A stretch of DNA of 64,000 bases, from the NCBI GenBank assembly GCA_000165345.1, contig CM000432.1:608001-672000 (forward strand), read 5' to 3'. Position 1 is the stretch's first letter, and every line of letters begins with the position of its first letter. The notes under the pieces were generated by a model. That model had not been told where the DNA came from. It was given only the letters and a program-made list of their open reading frames with translations, and ran no database searches. A program made the position numbers and the translations under genes. Shown piece by piece: positions 1-10,847 of this stretch.

Positions 1-424
1 TCGTCTTTTAACAATTGAATATGGAGTATTTCTGAAAAATAAATTCAATATAGTTTCCATAGTTATAAATAATTTATTTAACTTACAACTGTAATATAAA
101 TTTCAAAGGTAGGCTGCATTTTTCACAATTGACTTTAATTTCTCTAGTTAAAAAATCCTAAGTATATTAAATTGTTTGATTTATTCCAAAAAAATAACTT
201 ACCGGGTAACCACCTAACTTGCTATCTACTTCCAGATATTCCTTCAGATTACCTTCATTTTTTATTTCTCTACCAAGGTATCCGAGCAATGCCATTTTGA
301 TTTAAAATATTTCAAATTTGACAAACAAAATAAACGCGCGATTGTGTGTTGATTATTTTTTTAGCATTTTAAAAAATAATAAATAAATAAAATACGTAAA
401 TTAATGTGAACAGTTGTGTCTAGT

Positions 425-3400
425 ATGAATAATAATGAATTGGTGGATATCATTGATACATTCATTAGCGTGGAGGAGTTAAATAGAAATTTAGATGAGT
501 TTATCGACTCTCATAGTGAATGTATCGGTACCCTACGTAAATATTTACTTGATAGTATTCGCGAGTTTATATTCGGGGAAAGTAGCACGAATACGCGATT
601 AAAAACTATTAAAGGCATTAACTCATCCTTAAAAGGCTTATGCTGTAACTTTGGGCATCTTGTTTTTCCCTCGAATGGCCTTATTCAATTTTTTTACAGG
701 CTTTTAAGTAAAATTTTTACTAAAAATTTTTTTTTCTTACCCTACTTAAATGTAAATGAAGAAAGTGAAGTTTTTTTTCAGAGATCAAATGACAATGAAA
801 TGATTTATTGTTGTGTCTCATCTCTTCTGACCATTTTGAAGATATTGTCGAATGGAAACAAATATTTATATATGGTATTTGCCAACGAAACCATAATGAA
901 TGTAAATAAACTAAACTCAGCTTTGAAATATAAGAAATTTTCAAAAAACTGTTGTGATCATTCACAAAGCATTGATATTTACTTTTCATTTCTTCAAGCT
1001 ATTAAGTTAAATTCTAAGCATATAAGTGTAGCAGAATCTCCTGTTTGTGTTGACTTGCCAAAGGAAAATAATTGGTTTATTTATTTAATGGGACATATAA
1101 CAATACAACTGCTTTTAAATCAAATTATTTGTTTCGAAGATTCATCCATTAGAGACAGATTAATTATTGCTTGGCTCAGGGTACTAAATTCATGCATTGA
1201 AACTAGACAACTAGAATTTATTGGAATGATATTATACATCCTGAAGAACATTACATTTGATTTTAAAAAAGAAATAAGTTATCCAAATATTTTCTATTTG
1301 ATAAAAAATAATACTGTTGAATTTCTTTATAACGAAGATGTAGTAAATCAGTTCACAAATATTTTACCATGCTATATTGCACACTGCGTACATAATACTT
1401 CCACTATAGTTCTGTTTGGAGAATTTACAATTTGGTACTTAAATGGGTTTTTGAGGGCATGCTTATTTAGAAAATTAAATTATAATATACAAAATTCAAA
1501 TACTTATATTTCTCAAATTGAATTAATTTTAAAATTTTGGTTCAAACGATTCAGATTGACCTCAAATAACTTTTTTGATGAATACTCTTCAAAGTTAATA
1601 TTTGAAATATTAAATAAAATACCTTTTATTTCAGAAAACATGTCTATAATGATAGGGGGAAGTATTATGAGTGCAATGATCCACAAGAATAACAGCGATA
1701 AGGTCTCTTACATAAATATTAGGATGTTTTCATTATTAATTAAATTAAAGTCACTCAGCTTTTTCCCTATTGACGAAGCAAATTTTGATGAGCTTACGAA
1801 AAATATTATAAAACCTTCAATCTGTGGAATAAATGAATTGTATTCTAAAAAATATGATTCTTTACTAATTACAACACATATTCAAATGGTTATTTCGAGA
1901 TATTTTAATTCAGCTCTCGGAAATTTAAAAGACCAATTACCATTATGTTATTCTATATCCATGACAATTGAACTTATTCGATTAATGGTAGAACAAGATA
2001 TTGGCTGCACTTTTGAATTCGGGAAGTATATTATGAACCACCTTTGTAGAACAATAGCATCCAATGAAGATAAGATTTCGGATTGGGGATTAGCCCAATG
2101 TATTTTACTTACGGAACTTTCTATTCGTATTTTATCAAAATCTAAGAAAACACTGGAAGGGATTTTAGAGCCATTAATTGATCTAATTGACAGTGCAAGT
2201 ATATTCTTTATAATTATTTCAAATTGTATTATTAATTTTATTTTAATTAATTGTATAAATTCATTTGAAATAAAAAAGAGTTTGGTTAATAAAATTTTAA
2301 TGAAGCTTAATAGTTTTAATATTTCATGCACTCTTTCGAAAATGGTTCAAATTAAATTAATAAAACTACTTTCAATTATAGTTTTGAAAAATAGCGAAGT
2401 TGAAAATCTTAATATTATAACTGATTTGCAAATACTTTTAAATAGTATACGAATAAGCAACGAGAATTGCTTTCCTTTTGGAAGCTCATTTAATTCCATT
2501 TCATATTTTGATTTATTTCAAGAAAATAGCTATTGTGAAAGTAAGTTACTTTCTTTTCTACCAACAATACCAATTTGTCCCTTTTGCAAACAAGAAAATG
2601 GATTTGTACCTTCTAAAGAATTATTTATTTGTAATGGTTGTTGGAGGGTAATACCTACTTCTATTGATATTGATGATTCAGTTATTGTTCCAGAAATTAA
2701 GAACTATTTTTCTACAATAGATATTTTACTAAATTTTAACAAAAAGCAAGTCTTTAAAATTGATACAATTGATTTATTATTTGATTCAATAAATAGGATT
2801 CAAACGAATACTCAAGACAAGCATAACCAAAGTTTTTTTGCTATATTATCAATTTTATTCAGCTTCATACAAAATAAATCAGTTGATGAAATTAATAATA
2901 TGACAGCTTATTTACAAAGCAGTATTTTTGGAAAAGATTACTTGAATTATTCTCAATTCCAACTCAATTTACTAATGCTATCAGGAGAATTCTTGCGGAA
3001 CCATCTTATGTGCTACTCAAGAAATAATTTACTTACTAGTGAATTGATTTTTCCTACCCCACTAGTGATATCTAAAATTGTTAGTGAGTTAATAGATCCT
3101 GAAACTTTTTTTTTCACAAATGTTGAAGACATATTGAGAATATCACTTTTTTTTGGGCCTGAAATAAAAGATTTTCAGAAAACTTTAGATCAATTGGAAT
3201 CAATTAAACACGCATTTTTTGGCGATGTTTTTAAAATTAATGAACTGGTTAATTATTTCTCTAAAAAAAAAATGAATAGTACTGAATTATATTTTACACT
3301 TGGTATTTGTAAAAAACTTAATAAATTACTCAATTGTAAATATACAGATTTACATTTGACTGAAAATTCTCAAATATTGTTAAGTATTGCCTCTATGGAA

Positions 3401-6400
3401 GTTAAAGTTCAAAATATTATGCTAATTACAACTGCATTTACCGATGAATCATTCAGCAATTTTTTCTCTTCAGCGCTGGCAGCTCTGAGACTTGCAGTAA
3501 TTGGATTAGAAAATAATTGGAAGATATTATGGCGTAGAAATAGCCTTAGTGAATTTTCAAAAGGAATAATACCTGAGAAAATAGTGAGAAATGAATCAAC
3601 CTATGTTTTCAAGTATAACTCAAAGGTAATATACAATACATTATCTGTAATTTGTTCCGTATTAATGAGGCAGAATACCACACTATCTAGTATTTCATTA
3701 TCTCCTGGAACAAATAAATTAACATCAATACAATTGTCATCTTTTTTTAATTCCAAAAATAAGCATCCTAATTGGTTAATTTCACTACTTGGCCCTACTT
3801 TTGTATATCTCACACCTAATTTATTTTATAAGTCTTTTTTTGGCAATAAAAATAATTTTTCTAATACAATTTTTTTATATTTAAAAAAATATGTTCCAAG
3901 TTCACTTTCATTTGATAAATTAATAATCCAAATACCATTTTTTCTGATAAATAATATGAATGATGATGATTTAGATATTGAAACATACATTGATTTTCTT
4001 AAAAATAATATTTATAGCAGCTTATTACATAATACAACTCCAGATGATTTTCAATTACCAAAAGCATTAGTAAATACATCTATTGCATCTCTTTTTTGGA
4101 ATATTACCAGTTCTGAAAATATTATAAAATTTTTGGGTCACGAAGATGACGATAAGTTTTTTAGCAATTTTCTTGATAATTTGACTTTAGAGTGTCTAAT
4201 GTATAATTGTTCTGAAAACCATATTTTCTCCAAACAGTGTGATTGGCTAAAGAAGAAAATTAATATTCTAATTTGTGAATCCGACCTCAATACAATACAT
4301 CTGCCTAGAAAAAAGAAACAAAAGGTTCTAAACGAAATTAAACAGTCTATTGAGATACCACAATTAATAGAAAATTATATTGGCGAAAATTTAATGTGGT
4401 TATTAGAATTTTATAGCAAAAGTTTCTTAATAGGGGAATCTACTGGAATACGGAATAATTCACAACTAAAACATATATTTTTTCCAATATCTTTTATTAT
4501 CTCAGAACCACCACCTTCAAATAGAGCATCTATGTATTGGTATAGAGTTTTTAGGTCCCTTTCACTTTTATTATACTTTTCAAGGAAGTATATTAAAGAA
4601 TACGCAACAAGACTATTCGAACTTTTAATGAAAGCTACAAATAAATCAAACATGCACCCTTCTTGTATTCAATGCTGGAACATTTTTACCTTGCAATTAA
4701 TTGAAGATTTTCGAGAGAACAAAGATATTAACCAAAATATTTTTTTGCATTTATTATCCCCTATTATGGAACAATTATTCATTATCATTGAACCATTTAC
4801 TTTAAATAAATCTTCATTTCTTATTCATCTAGAGAATTTTTTAAAATTTATTATATCTTCAGTTTTGAGCATAAATAAGAGCTATTTTGCACTAATTCCA
4901 ATTATTAAAAGTTCAGAAAGTAATTCTATCAGGAAGATTATTCTCAATTGTTACTATGGCGATCATTTTTTGGATACATGCACAGAAAATGTAGAATATG
5001 AGTATTGCAGACTTGTTTTCCATCTACTAAATGAAAGAATAGATTTTTCATTAAAGTTTTTTTCGACTCATGCTCCCTATATTACATATGAAAAATTGCT
5101 TGGATCTATTAAAGATGTAATTTTACTCTCTCCGATTGATGCATATTGGACTTTATTTGGGAATAATGAAGAGTGTATTTCAATTAAACGTTTAAATGTG
5201 CTATACAATAAATGTTTAAATATTATTTCAAATACGAGTAACGACTCATTAATTCTATTTCAAAAATCAAATATAGAAACTCATCTAATTGATCAGCAAA
5301 ATGAAAAACTTACATCTAGAATGAATATTTTAAATACCGGACTTAAATATAATCGCTTACTACCCAAAACTTACTCACAAAAAAAATTTATTAACTTAGA
5401 AAAAAGTACTTCAAATTTAAAAAATTCAATTTCAGTAATAATTGGTACAATTGGGGCAATTGACTATAACTTTAATGGCTACTTAGAACCGAACATAGCT
5501 CACTTACACGACTATACTGACAATTTAAAGCACCATACTTTCAAACAAATAGACTCAACTGAATTTCAGTCAAATAATGCTTCAATGTTCATAAAAAATC
5601 TTGATGTTTTGACAGTAGACTTGATTCAAAATCACTTATTAGCATATTCACACTGGAATGTAGCAGCATTTGCAATTCAAGAAGCTCTAAAGTTCATTGG
5701 CTGCCACAATAGCTTATCTAATCTTGAAATGAATGAAAGAGTATGGAATCTGTTTCACCCGGAAGTTAAAGATATTTTGCAGCCATATAAATTAACAGAG
5801 TATAGAATTATTCAGGGTACAAATGAGCATTTACTTGATCAATTAAAGTTTTTAAGTGATGAACGAACAGAAAATGTCTATGAATTTTATTTTTGGTGTT
5901 TAGATTTAATAAACAATGAAATCAATAAAATCAATGAATTTGAAAAACCAAGTAAAATCCCAGTAAATATTAAAAATATTAATATTTTGTTCGAAGGATG
6001 TAGAGTTGTTTCACTTGGGATTCCATCCGTTTTCAATTTTATACTTCCTTTATCAATTGAATTTATTCTCCTATTTTGTGACCATTCTGTAATAAGAAAT
6101 TTGAAAGAAAAATTATGTTCGTTAATTATTTCTGGGCTCGAATGTGGCGTAAGCGATAGACTAAATAATTTTTCGATGTTAGACTCTCGAAAGGATAATA
6201 GAATTAAATCTTCATCTTTAATAATTCACCACGTTACATATGAATCAATATTTATTGTAATAACGCATTTAATGGAAATTTTCGAGAATATTATTCAGTG
6301 TAAAGTACCACAAATCCTACCTTGGTTTAATGAATCATTGCTTGAGCCTTTTTTACAAGAATTGTACCTTAATGAAATTAATCAATTTGATAATTCAATT

Positions 6401-9400
6401 AATGAAAAAAATATTAATCAAACTGAAGAAGGAAAGATAGTAAGTCCAAGTAACGTTACATTATCATTATTAGCAGAAGCAACAAAGATGAAAAGTTCCA
6501 AAGCTACAATTGATTTATTTTCTGATAAGAGTTGTCAGTCTAATCCTCAGTACTTTGAAAATGAAATAATAAGCTATATTTTCAATTTGAAACAAGAGAA
6601 TGGTAAAAACGAAGAAATCAAATCAATAGAAAATAAAAAAAAATTACCTAATGAAATCAAATTCCTCTCAACACTCTCAAACTTTCCAGTAATAAAAACT
6701 ATTGCTAACTTGCAGTTTATTACCGATCTCCCAATTAGTATATTGATACAAGCTGCATTGTCATGTGGCTCATACACACGTGCACTACTACTTTTTGAAA
6801 GATTTTTATTAGTTAAATATACAAATGAAGATTTTCCGAAAAGAAAACAAAGAAAATTTAATAAGTTAAGGACTTCACTAATGACACAATTTGGACTAGC
6901 ATCAAAATATTCTGGAAATGCAATAGACTATTTTAGAACTAATGGCTTTAATAATATAGATTTTGATCCACTTAATCCACTAAAATTTTACAAGACTTGT
7001 TACAGAACATACACTGAATTACCAAATATATTCGAAGAAGATAAAAAAAAAACAATTAACCATATATTATATTTGCCTTTTCAATGTTATTTGGGAATTA
7101 AAGATACAGATAACTTACTAGGTATAATGACTATATATGAACAAATGTCAACATTTGCGCAGGGAACATTTGATAAGCAGCTTATTGAGTCTTTATTGAG
7201 AGAGGATTATTACGGTGCTGCAACAATATATGAAAGAATCATTTCAAATAATTCAGAAATAAACCACTTAATATTTAGAAACTATTTAAGGTGCCTTCTT
7301 AAAGCAGGGTTTCCTCATATTGTATTGACTACATTATTGAATGCAAATAAAATAGTTGGGTTCAAAACAGAACTCGAAAATCTATCGCAAAATTTTAAAG
7401 AGAACAATTTCTCTAATCAATTAAATTATATCAACAGTAACTTATTCATCTCTGAAGCATTAGAAGCCTGCTATCAATTAGGAAATTGGGAGTTTCTAGA
7501 AATTATAATTTCTGATAATAAAAATAATGTAGAACAAAAAATTCAGTCAAATTTAATTAATAATATTTATATGGACCTTTTTATACCTTCAAATATTGAT
7601 ACAATAATGCAAAGATTCGATATTTATAGAGGAAAACTGTTATTACACCTTCATTTCGCAAAATCTAATATCGCTCAAAAAGATAATAAATTTAATGAAT
7701 CTTTTATTAACACACTAGAAAAAGCAAGAAGCCTTTTGTTAACCCCTTTAAGCATTAAATGGAATGACTCACATACAAGATCAAGCACAATACTGGAAAA
7801 GTTACATATACTTATGGATATTGAATTTGTATATTATTTTTTTATTAGATTAAAGAATAAACAAATGATTAATAACCCCTTGATCAAGAAATTTGATTTT
7901 ATTGAAAAACAAAACAAATTAGAATGGATTAAGGTTAGTGAACTTTTCGTTCTACGAGTTGATAATGCCAAAATTAACTCTGAAAAAAAGTACTCATTAC
8001 TTTCTCAAGCCAAAATTACATTAGAAGTTGCAGGCTTTGAATTATCTTCTTTTCTTTTGTTACTTGTATTGGAAAGAAGCAAAATTTCAATTTTAAATTC
8101 AAATTCTTCTCAGTCATATATAAATTTTTTAAATTCATTTGAAATGATTGGGATGCAAAATCACTCACTAGATCAGGACTTTCACTTATTAAACAATAAT
8201 GTTTCTGCTTTTGGGATTGCTGATTCGAGTTTGATGGATTTACATTCAATGAATTATAATGGTAGAGAAAGGGTTCCTGGGCTTATTCAAATAGATAATT
8301 TAATTAGTATTTCTTATTTCGAAAAAATCTTAGGCAGAGATGTTAATTTTGAAAAAATCAACTGGTCAAGAACAGAGAAAGAATTACTTGACGAATGGGA
8401 GTTATATTGTAAAAATAAATACATAATTACTCTGAACCAAAACTTGCTAGTTACATATTTATTTAAGCTATTCCAAAGAAATCAGATTAAAGTTGCTATT
8501 CACTTTTATGAAATGATCACTAGTAATAGGTCAAACGATTTGTTAGATGATGTTACATTTTCAGAAATCAACCTTGTGTACTTGGATTGGGCGATTAAAT
8601 CCTCTATGATTTCACCAGAAAATATTATCAATACATTCCGTGAAACTCTTGAAATACGATCAAATTGTGAAAAAACATATTTCCAGTTTGCAAATTATCT
8701 GGATAATTATTTTCATCTTATAGTTTCTAGTTCAGAAGCTGAAAACAATTTTCCTACAAGCTCAACTACATCAAAAAACAATTACAATCTTGGATCTATT
8801 TTTCAATGTGACGAAACCATTTTTTTGTGTATTAATATGTATTTAAGTTGTCTGAAGTGTGGTAATTCATTTATTTATCCTTCCCTTTCTAGAGTTTTAT
8901 TTTTAATATTTAACTATTCAAATATTATTTTGAAACATGGAATTGTACAATCTTCAGGTAAATGCGAAAACGCAAAGATATTACCTGATACATTTTTTAG
9001 ATTAAAAAAAGAAATTCTGGAACTTCCTCCTTCTCTTTGGTATGTTGTTTTACCTCAATTATTAAGTAGGTGCCAACATCCTGGCCTTGGATCAATCATA
9101 ATACAACCGTTGATAGCAAAAATTCTCAGAAAGCTTCCACGTCAAGCAGCATGGAGTTTTGTTTCAATGTTAAAAAGTAATAGTTCTGAAAGAAAAGGCA
9201 CCGCAATTTCTATTCTAAAGATGTCAAAGGTTATAACCAATGAAGAAAACGATGAAGAATTTATTAATGAGACGGATTTTTCACTTATTTTAGATGAATA
9301 TATTCGCTTATTTGACAACTTGATGGTTTTGGCAATGGACTCCAGCTCAGGCAGCAATATTCAATTGCAATCAAAAGATCAAAGAGCATCTAATAGAGCT

Positions 9401-10810
9401 TCAAACAAATGTATGAGTTTGCGTTCTGACTTTCAATCTCTTTACCATTCAATGAAGAATTTAAATAAATCTAAAGGACTAATAATTCCAACACAACTAC
9501 AATTAAGTTTTAACTACTCTTCTATTAATCATGCTAGATGCAAATTTTTCTCAAATTATTTACCCACATGCAAAAAACGAAATTCTAATTCTGATCAGCA
9601 GTTTCTACCCAACTATTTTAAAAATAGTCAAATGCCAAACATAGTTCGAAATTTAATAACAATTTCCGGAATGGAAGATACGATTTTTGTTTTGCCAAGT
9701 AAACAAAAACCTAAAAAAATTGGATTGATTGGATCTAATGGAGAGACATACTATTACTTAGTTAAAAATGAAAAACGTGGTGATTTGCGCAAAGATATGC
9801 GTCTAATGGAGCTTGCTCAGCTATTAAATCAAAGAATGTCAAATGCAAAAGGATTATCTCTAAGAACGTTTTCTGTGGTTCCTTTGTCTGAAGTTGCAGG
9901 AATTATTGAATGGGTTCCAAACGTGACCACTCTGGGAAATATTGTAATGGGTGAATGGAAGGAACTTATTGGTAGCTCAAAATTCCATAGGCAGTTATTG
10001 GAGACTCAAGATATTTTGAGACAAAATTCTTTGCAGCCCGATAAACTGTATAAGTTATATTCTGAAGAAATCCTACCTAAATATCCGCCAATGCTTCATA
10101 ATTGGTTCTTTAAAAAGTTTAGTACAAAATCTAGCTACATTTGGCTGAAATCAAAGGAGAAATACACAAAAAGTACAGCAGTCTGGTCAATGTTTGGGTA
10201 CATTGTAGGCTTAGGAGATAGACATGCAGAAAATATTTTAATTGATACTCAAGTTGGCGACATTATTCATGTTGATTTTGACTGTCTATTTGGTAAAGGA
10301 TTTTTACTTGAGATACCAGAGATAGTCCCATTTAGGCTTACGCCGAATATTGTAATCGCAATGGGTAGTTGTGGCGTAGAGGGAACTTTTACTGGAACCT
10401 CAATATCATCGATGAGCATTTTTAGAAGCCCATTCAATAAATCACTAATTATGACATTTCTAGAGGCTTTCATACATGATCCTCTCATTGAATGGATGAG
10501 ACCAGGAAAAACAACTCAAATCTCAAATTTAGGAGGGAGTGTTGATCCTATTTCATTTTTAGCCGCTGCTAAGGGGCATTCTCACCTAAGGACAATCTAC
10601 AGAAAGTTGAATGGGATGGTAGATTGCTTCTCACAAAATAAGAAAGCTGCTTTAGCTCTATATGGGCCCAATAACTGTTCGCAAAGAAGGCCGTTCCACG
10701 AAAGAGGTCTCGGTCTTTCAGTTGAAAGCCAAGTTCTCGAGCTGATTAGTTCAGCAAAATGTAAACGAAATTTGTCGCAGATGTACGCAGGCTGGATGCC
10801 TCAATTGTAA
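425..10810 (+). CDS. ATR: ATR/Mec1-like phosphatidylinositol 3-kinase-related kinase (PIKK), single exon, ~3460 aa
   Basis: The C-terminal kinase domain carries PIKK motifs: DLRKDMRLMEL, GIIEWVPN, GLGDRHAENILID, HVDFDCLFGKG and EIVPFRLT (closest to the ATR pattern HVDFNCLFNKG...PEIVPFRLT). A FATC-like tail (...MYAGWMPQL) sits at the stop. The ORF track starts at GTG 416; the first ATG is at 425. The N-terminal ~3000 aa are Asn/Ile/Lys-rich, consistent with HEAT/FAT repeats expanded in an AT-rich genome. Confidence 0.8.
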   Translation: MNNNELVDIIDTFISVEELNRNLDEFIDSHSECIGTLRKYLLDSIREFIFGESSTNTRLKTIKGINSSLKGLCCNFGHLVFPSNGLIQFFYRLLSKIFTKNFFFLPYLNVNEESEVFFQRSNDNEMIYCCVSSLLTILKILSNGNKYLYMVFANETIMNVNKLNSALKYKKFSKNCCDHSQSIDIYFSFLQAIKLNSKHISVAESPVCVDLPKENNWFIYLMGHITIQLLLNQIICFEDSSIRDRLIIAWLRVLNSCIETRQLEFIGMILYILKNITFDFKKEISYPNIFYLIKNNTVEFLYNEDVVNQFTNILPCYIAHCVHNTSTIVLFGEFTIWYLNGFLRACLFRKLNYNIQNSNTYISQIELILKFWFKRFRLTSNNFFDEYSSKLIFEILNKIPFISENMSIMIGGSIMSAMIHKNNSDKVSYINIRMFSLLIKLKSLSFFPIDEANFDELTKNIIKPSICGINELYSKKYDSLLITTHIQMVISRYFNSALGNLKDQLPLCYSISMTIELIRLMVEQDIGCTFEFGKYIMNHLCRTIASNEDKISDWGLAQCILLTELSIRILSKSKKTLEGILEPLIDLIDSASIFFIIISNCIINFILINCINSFEIKKSLVNKILMKLNSFNISCTLSKMVQIKLIKLLSIIVLKNSEVENLNIITDLQILLNSIRISNENCFPFGSSFNSISYFDLFQENSYCESKLLSFLPTIPICPFCKQENGFVPSKELFICNGCWRVIPTSIDIDDSVIVPEIKNYFSTIDILLNFNKKQVFKIDTIDLLFDSINRIQTNTQDKHNQSFFAILSILFSFIQNKSVDEINNMTAYLQSSIFGKDYLNYSQFQLNLLMLSGEFLRNHLMCYSRNNLLTSELIFPTPLVISKIVSELIDPETFFFTNVEDILRISLFFGPEIKDFQKTLDQLESIKHAFFGDVFKINELVNYFSKKKMNSTELYFTLGICKKLNKLLNCKYTDLHLTENSQILLSIASMEVKVQNIMLITTAFTDESFSNFFSSALAALRLAVIGLENNWKILWRRNSLSEFSKGIIPEKIVRNESTYVFKYNSKVIYNTLSVICSVLMRQNTTLSSISLSPGTNKLTSIQLSSFFNSKNKHPNWLISLLGPTFVYLTPNLFYKSFFGNKNNFSNTIFLYLKKYVPSSLSFDKLIIQIPFFLINNMNDDDLDIETYIDFLKNNIYSSLLHNTTPDDFQLPKALVNTSIASLFWNITSSENIIKFLGHEDDDKFFSNFLDNLTLECLMYNCSENHIFSKQCDWLKKKINILICESDLNTIHLPRKKKQKVLNEIKQSIEIPQLIENYIGENLMWLLEFYSKSFLIGESTGIRNNSQLKHIFFPISFIISEPPPSNRASMYWYRVFRSLSLLLYFSRKYIKEYATRLFELLMKATNKSNMHPSCIQCWNIFTLQLIEDFRENKDINQNIFLHLLSPIMEQLFIIIEPFTLNKSSFLIHLENFLKFIISSVLSINKSYFALIPIIKSSESNSIRKIILNCYYGDHFLDTCTENVEYEYCRLVFHLLNERIDFSLKFFSTHAPYITYEKLLGSIKDVILLSPIDAYWTLFGNNEECISIKRLNVLYNKCLNIISNTSNDSLILFQKSNIETHLIDQQNEKLTSRMNILNTGLKYNRLLPKTYSQKKFINLEKSTSNLKNSISVIIGTIGAIDYNFNGYLEPNIAHLHDYTDNLKHHTFKQIDSTEFQSNNASMFIKNLDVLTVDLIQNHLLAYSHWNVAAFAIQEALKFIGCHNSLSNLEMNERVWNLFHPEVKDILQPYKLTEYRIIQGTNEHLLDQLKFLSDERTENVYEFYFWCLDLINNEINKINEFEKPSKIPVNIKNINILFEGCRVVSLGIPSVFNFILPLSIEFILLFCDHSVIRNLKEKLCSLIISGLECGVSDRLNNFSMLDSRKDNRIKSSSLIIHHVTYESIFIVITHLMEIFENIIQCKVPQILPWFNESLLEPFLQELYLNEINQFDNSINEKNINQTEEGKIVSPSNVTLSLLAEATKMKSSKATIDLFSDKSCQSNPQYFENEIISYIFNLKQENGKNEEIKSIENKKKLPNEIKFLSTLSNFPVIKTIANLQFITDLPISILIQAALSCGSYTRALLLFERFLLVKYTNEDFPKRKQRKFNKLRTSLMTQFGLASKYSGNAIDYFRTNGFNNIDFDPLNPLKFYKTCYRTYTELPNIFEEDKKKTINHILYLPFQCYLGIKDTDNLLGIMTIYEQMSTFAQGTFDKQLIESLLREDYYGAATIYERIISNNSEINHLIFRNYLRCLLKAGFPHIVLTTLLNANKIVGFKTELENLSQNFKENNFSNQLNYINSNLFISEALEACYQLGNWEFLEIIISDNKNNVEQKIQSNLINNIYMDLFIPSNIDTIMQRFDIYRGKLLLHLHFAKSNIAQKDNKFNESFINTLEKARSLLLTPLSIKWNDSHTRSSTILEKLHILMDIEFVYYFFIRLKNKQMINNPLIKKFDFIEKQNKLEWIKVSELFVLRVDNAKINSEKKYSLLSQAKITLEVAGFELSSFLLLLVLERSKISILNSNSSQSYINFLNSFEMIGMQNHSLDQDFHLLNNNVSAFGIADSSLMDLHSMNYNGRERVPGLIQIDNLISISYFEKILGRDVNFEKINWSRTEKELLDEWELYCKNKYIITLNQNLLVTYLFKLFQRNQIKVAIHFYEMITSNRSNDLLDDVTFSEINLVYLDWAIKSSMISPENIINTFRETLEIRSNCEKTYFQFANYLDNYFHLIVSSSEAENNFPTSSTTSKNNYNLGSIFQCDETIFLCINMYLSCLKCGNSFIYPSLSRVLFLIFNYSNIILKHGIVQSSGKCENAKILPDTFFRLKKEILELPPSLWYVVLPQLLSRCQHPGLGSIIIQPLIAKILRKLPRQAAWSFVSMLKSNSSERKGTAISILKMSKVITNEENDEEFINETDFSLILDEYIRLFDNLMVLAMDSSSGSNIQLQSKDQRASNRASNKCMSLRSDFQSLYHSMKNLNKSKGLIIPTQLQLSFNYSSINHARCKFFSNYLPTCKKRNSNSDQQFLPNYFKNSQMPNIVRNLITISGMEDTIFVLPSKQKPKKIGLIGSNGETYYYLVKNEKRGDLRKDMRLMELAQLLNQRMSNAKGLSLRTFSVVPLSEVAGIIEWVPNVTTLGNIVMGEWKELIGSSKFHRQLLETQDILRQNSLQPDKLYKLYSEEILPKYPPMLHNWFFKKFSTKSSYIWLKSKEKYTKSTAVWSMFGYIVGLGDRHAENILIDTQVGDIIHVDFDCLFGKGFLLEIPEIVPFRLTPNIVIAMGSCGVEGTFTGTSISSMSIFRSPFNKSLIMTFLEAFIHDPLIEWMRPGKTTQISNLGGSVDPISFLAAAKGHSHLRTIYRKLNGMVDCFSQNKKAALALYGPNNCSQRRPFHERGLGLSVESQVLELISSAKCKRNLSQMYAGWMPQL

Positions 10811-10847
10811 AATTGTTTCAAATTTTATAAAATATTATTTCACAAAT

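Noticed and set aside
720-989. Dozens of 60-190 codon antisense or out-of-frame ORFs inside the large genes (e.g. 720..989-, 21454..22020-, 26240..26614-, 32654..32914-)
   Set aside because: They are embedded in well-supported long ORFs on the other strand or frame. AT-rich sequence generates long stop-free stretches by chance. None shows a recognisable motif.
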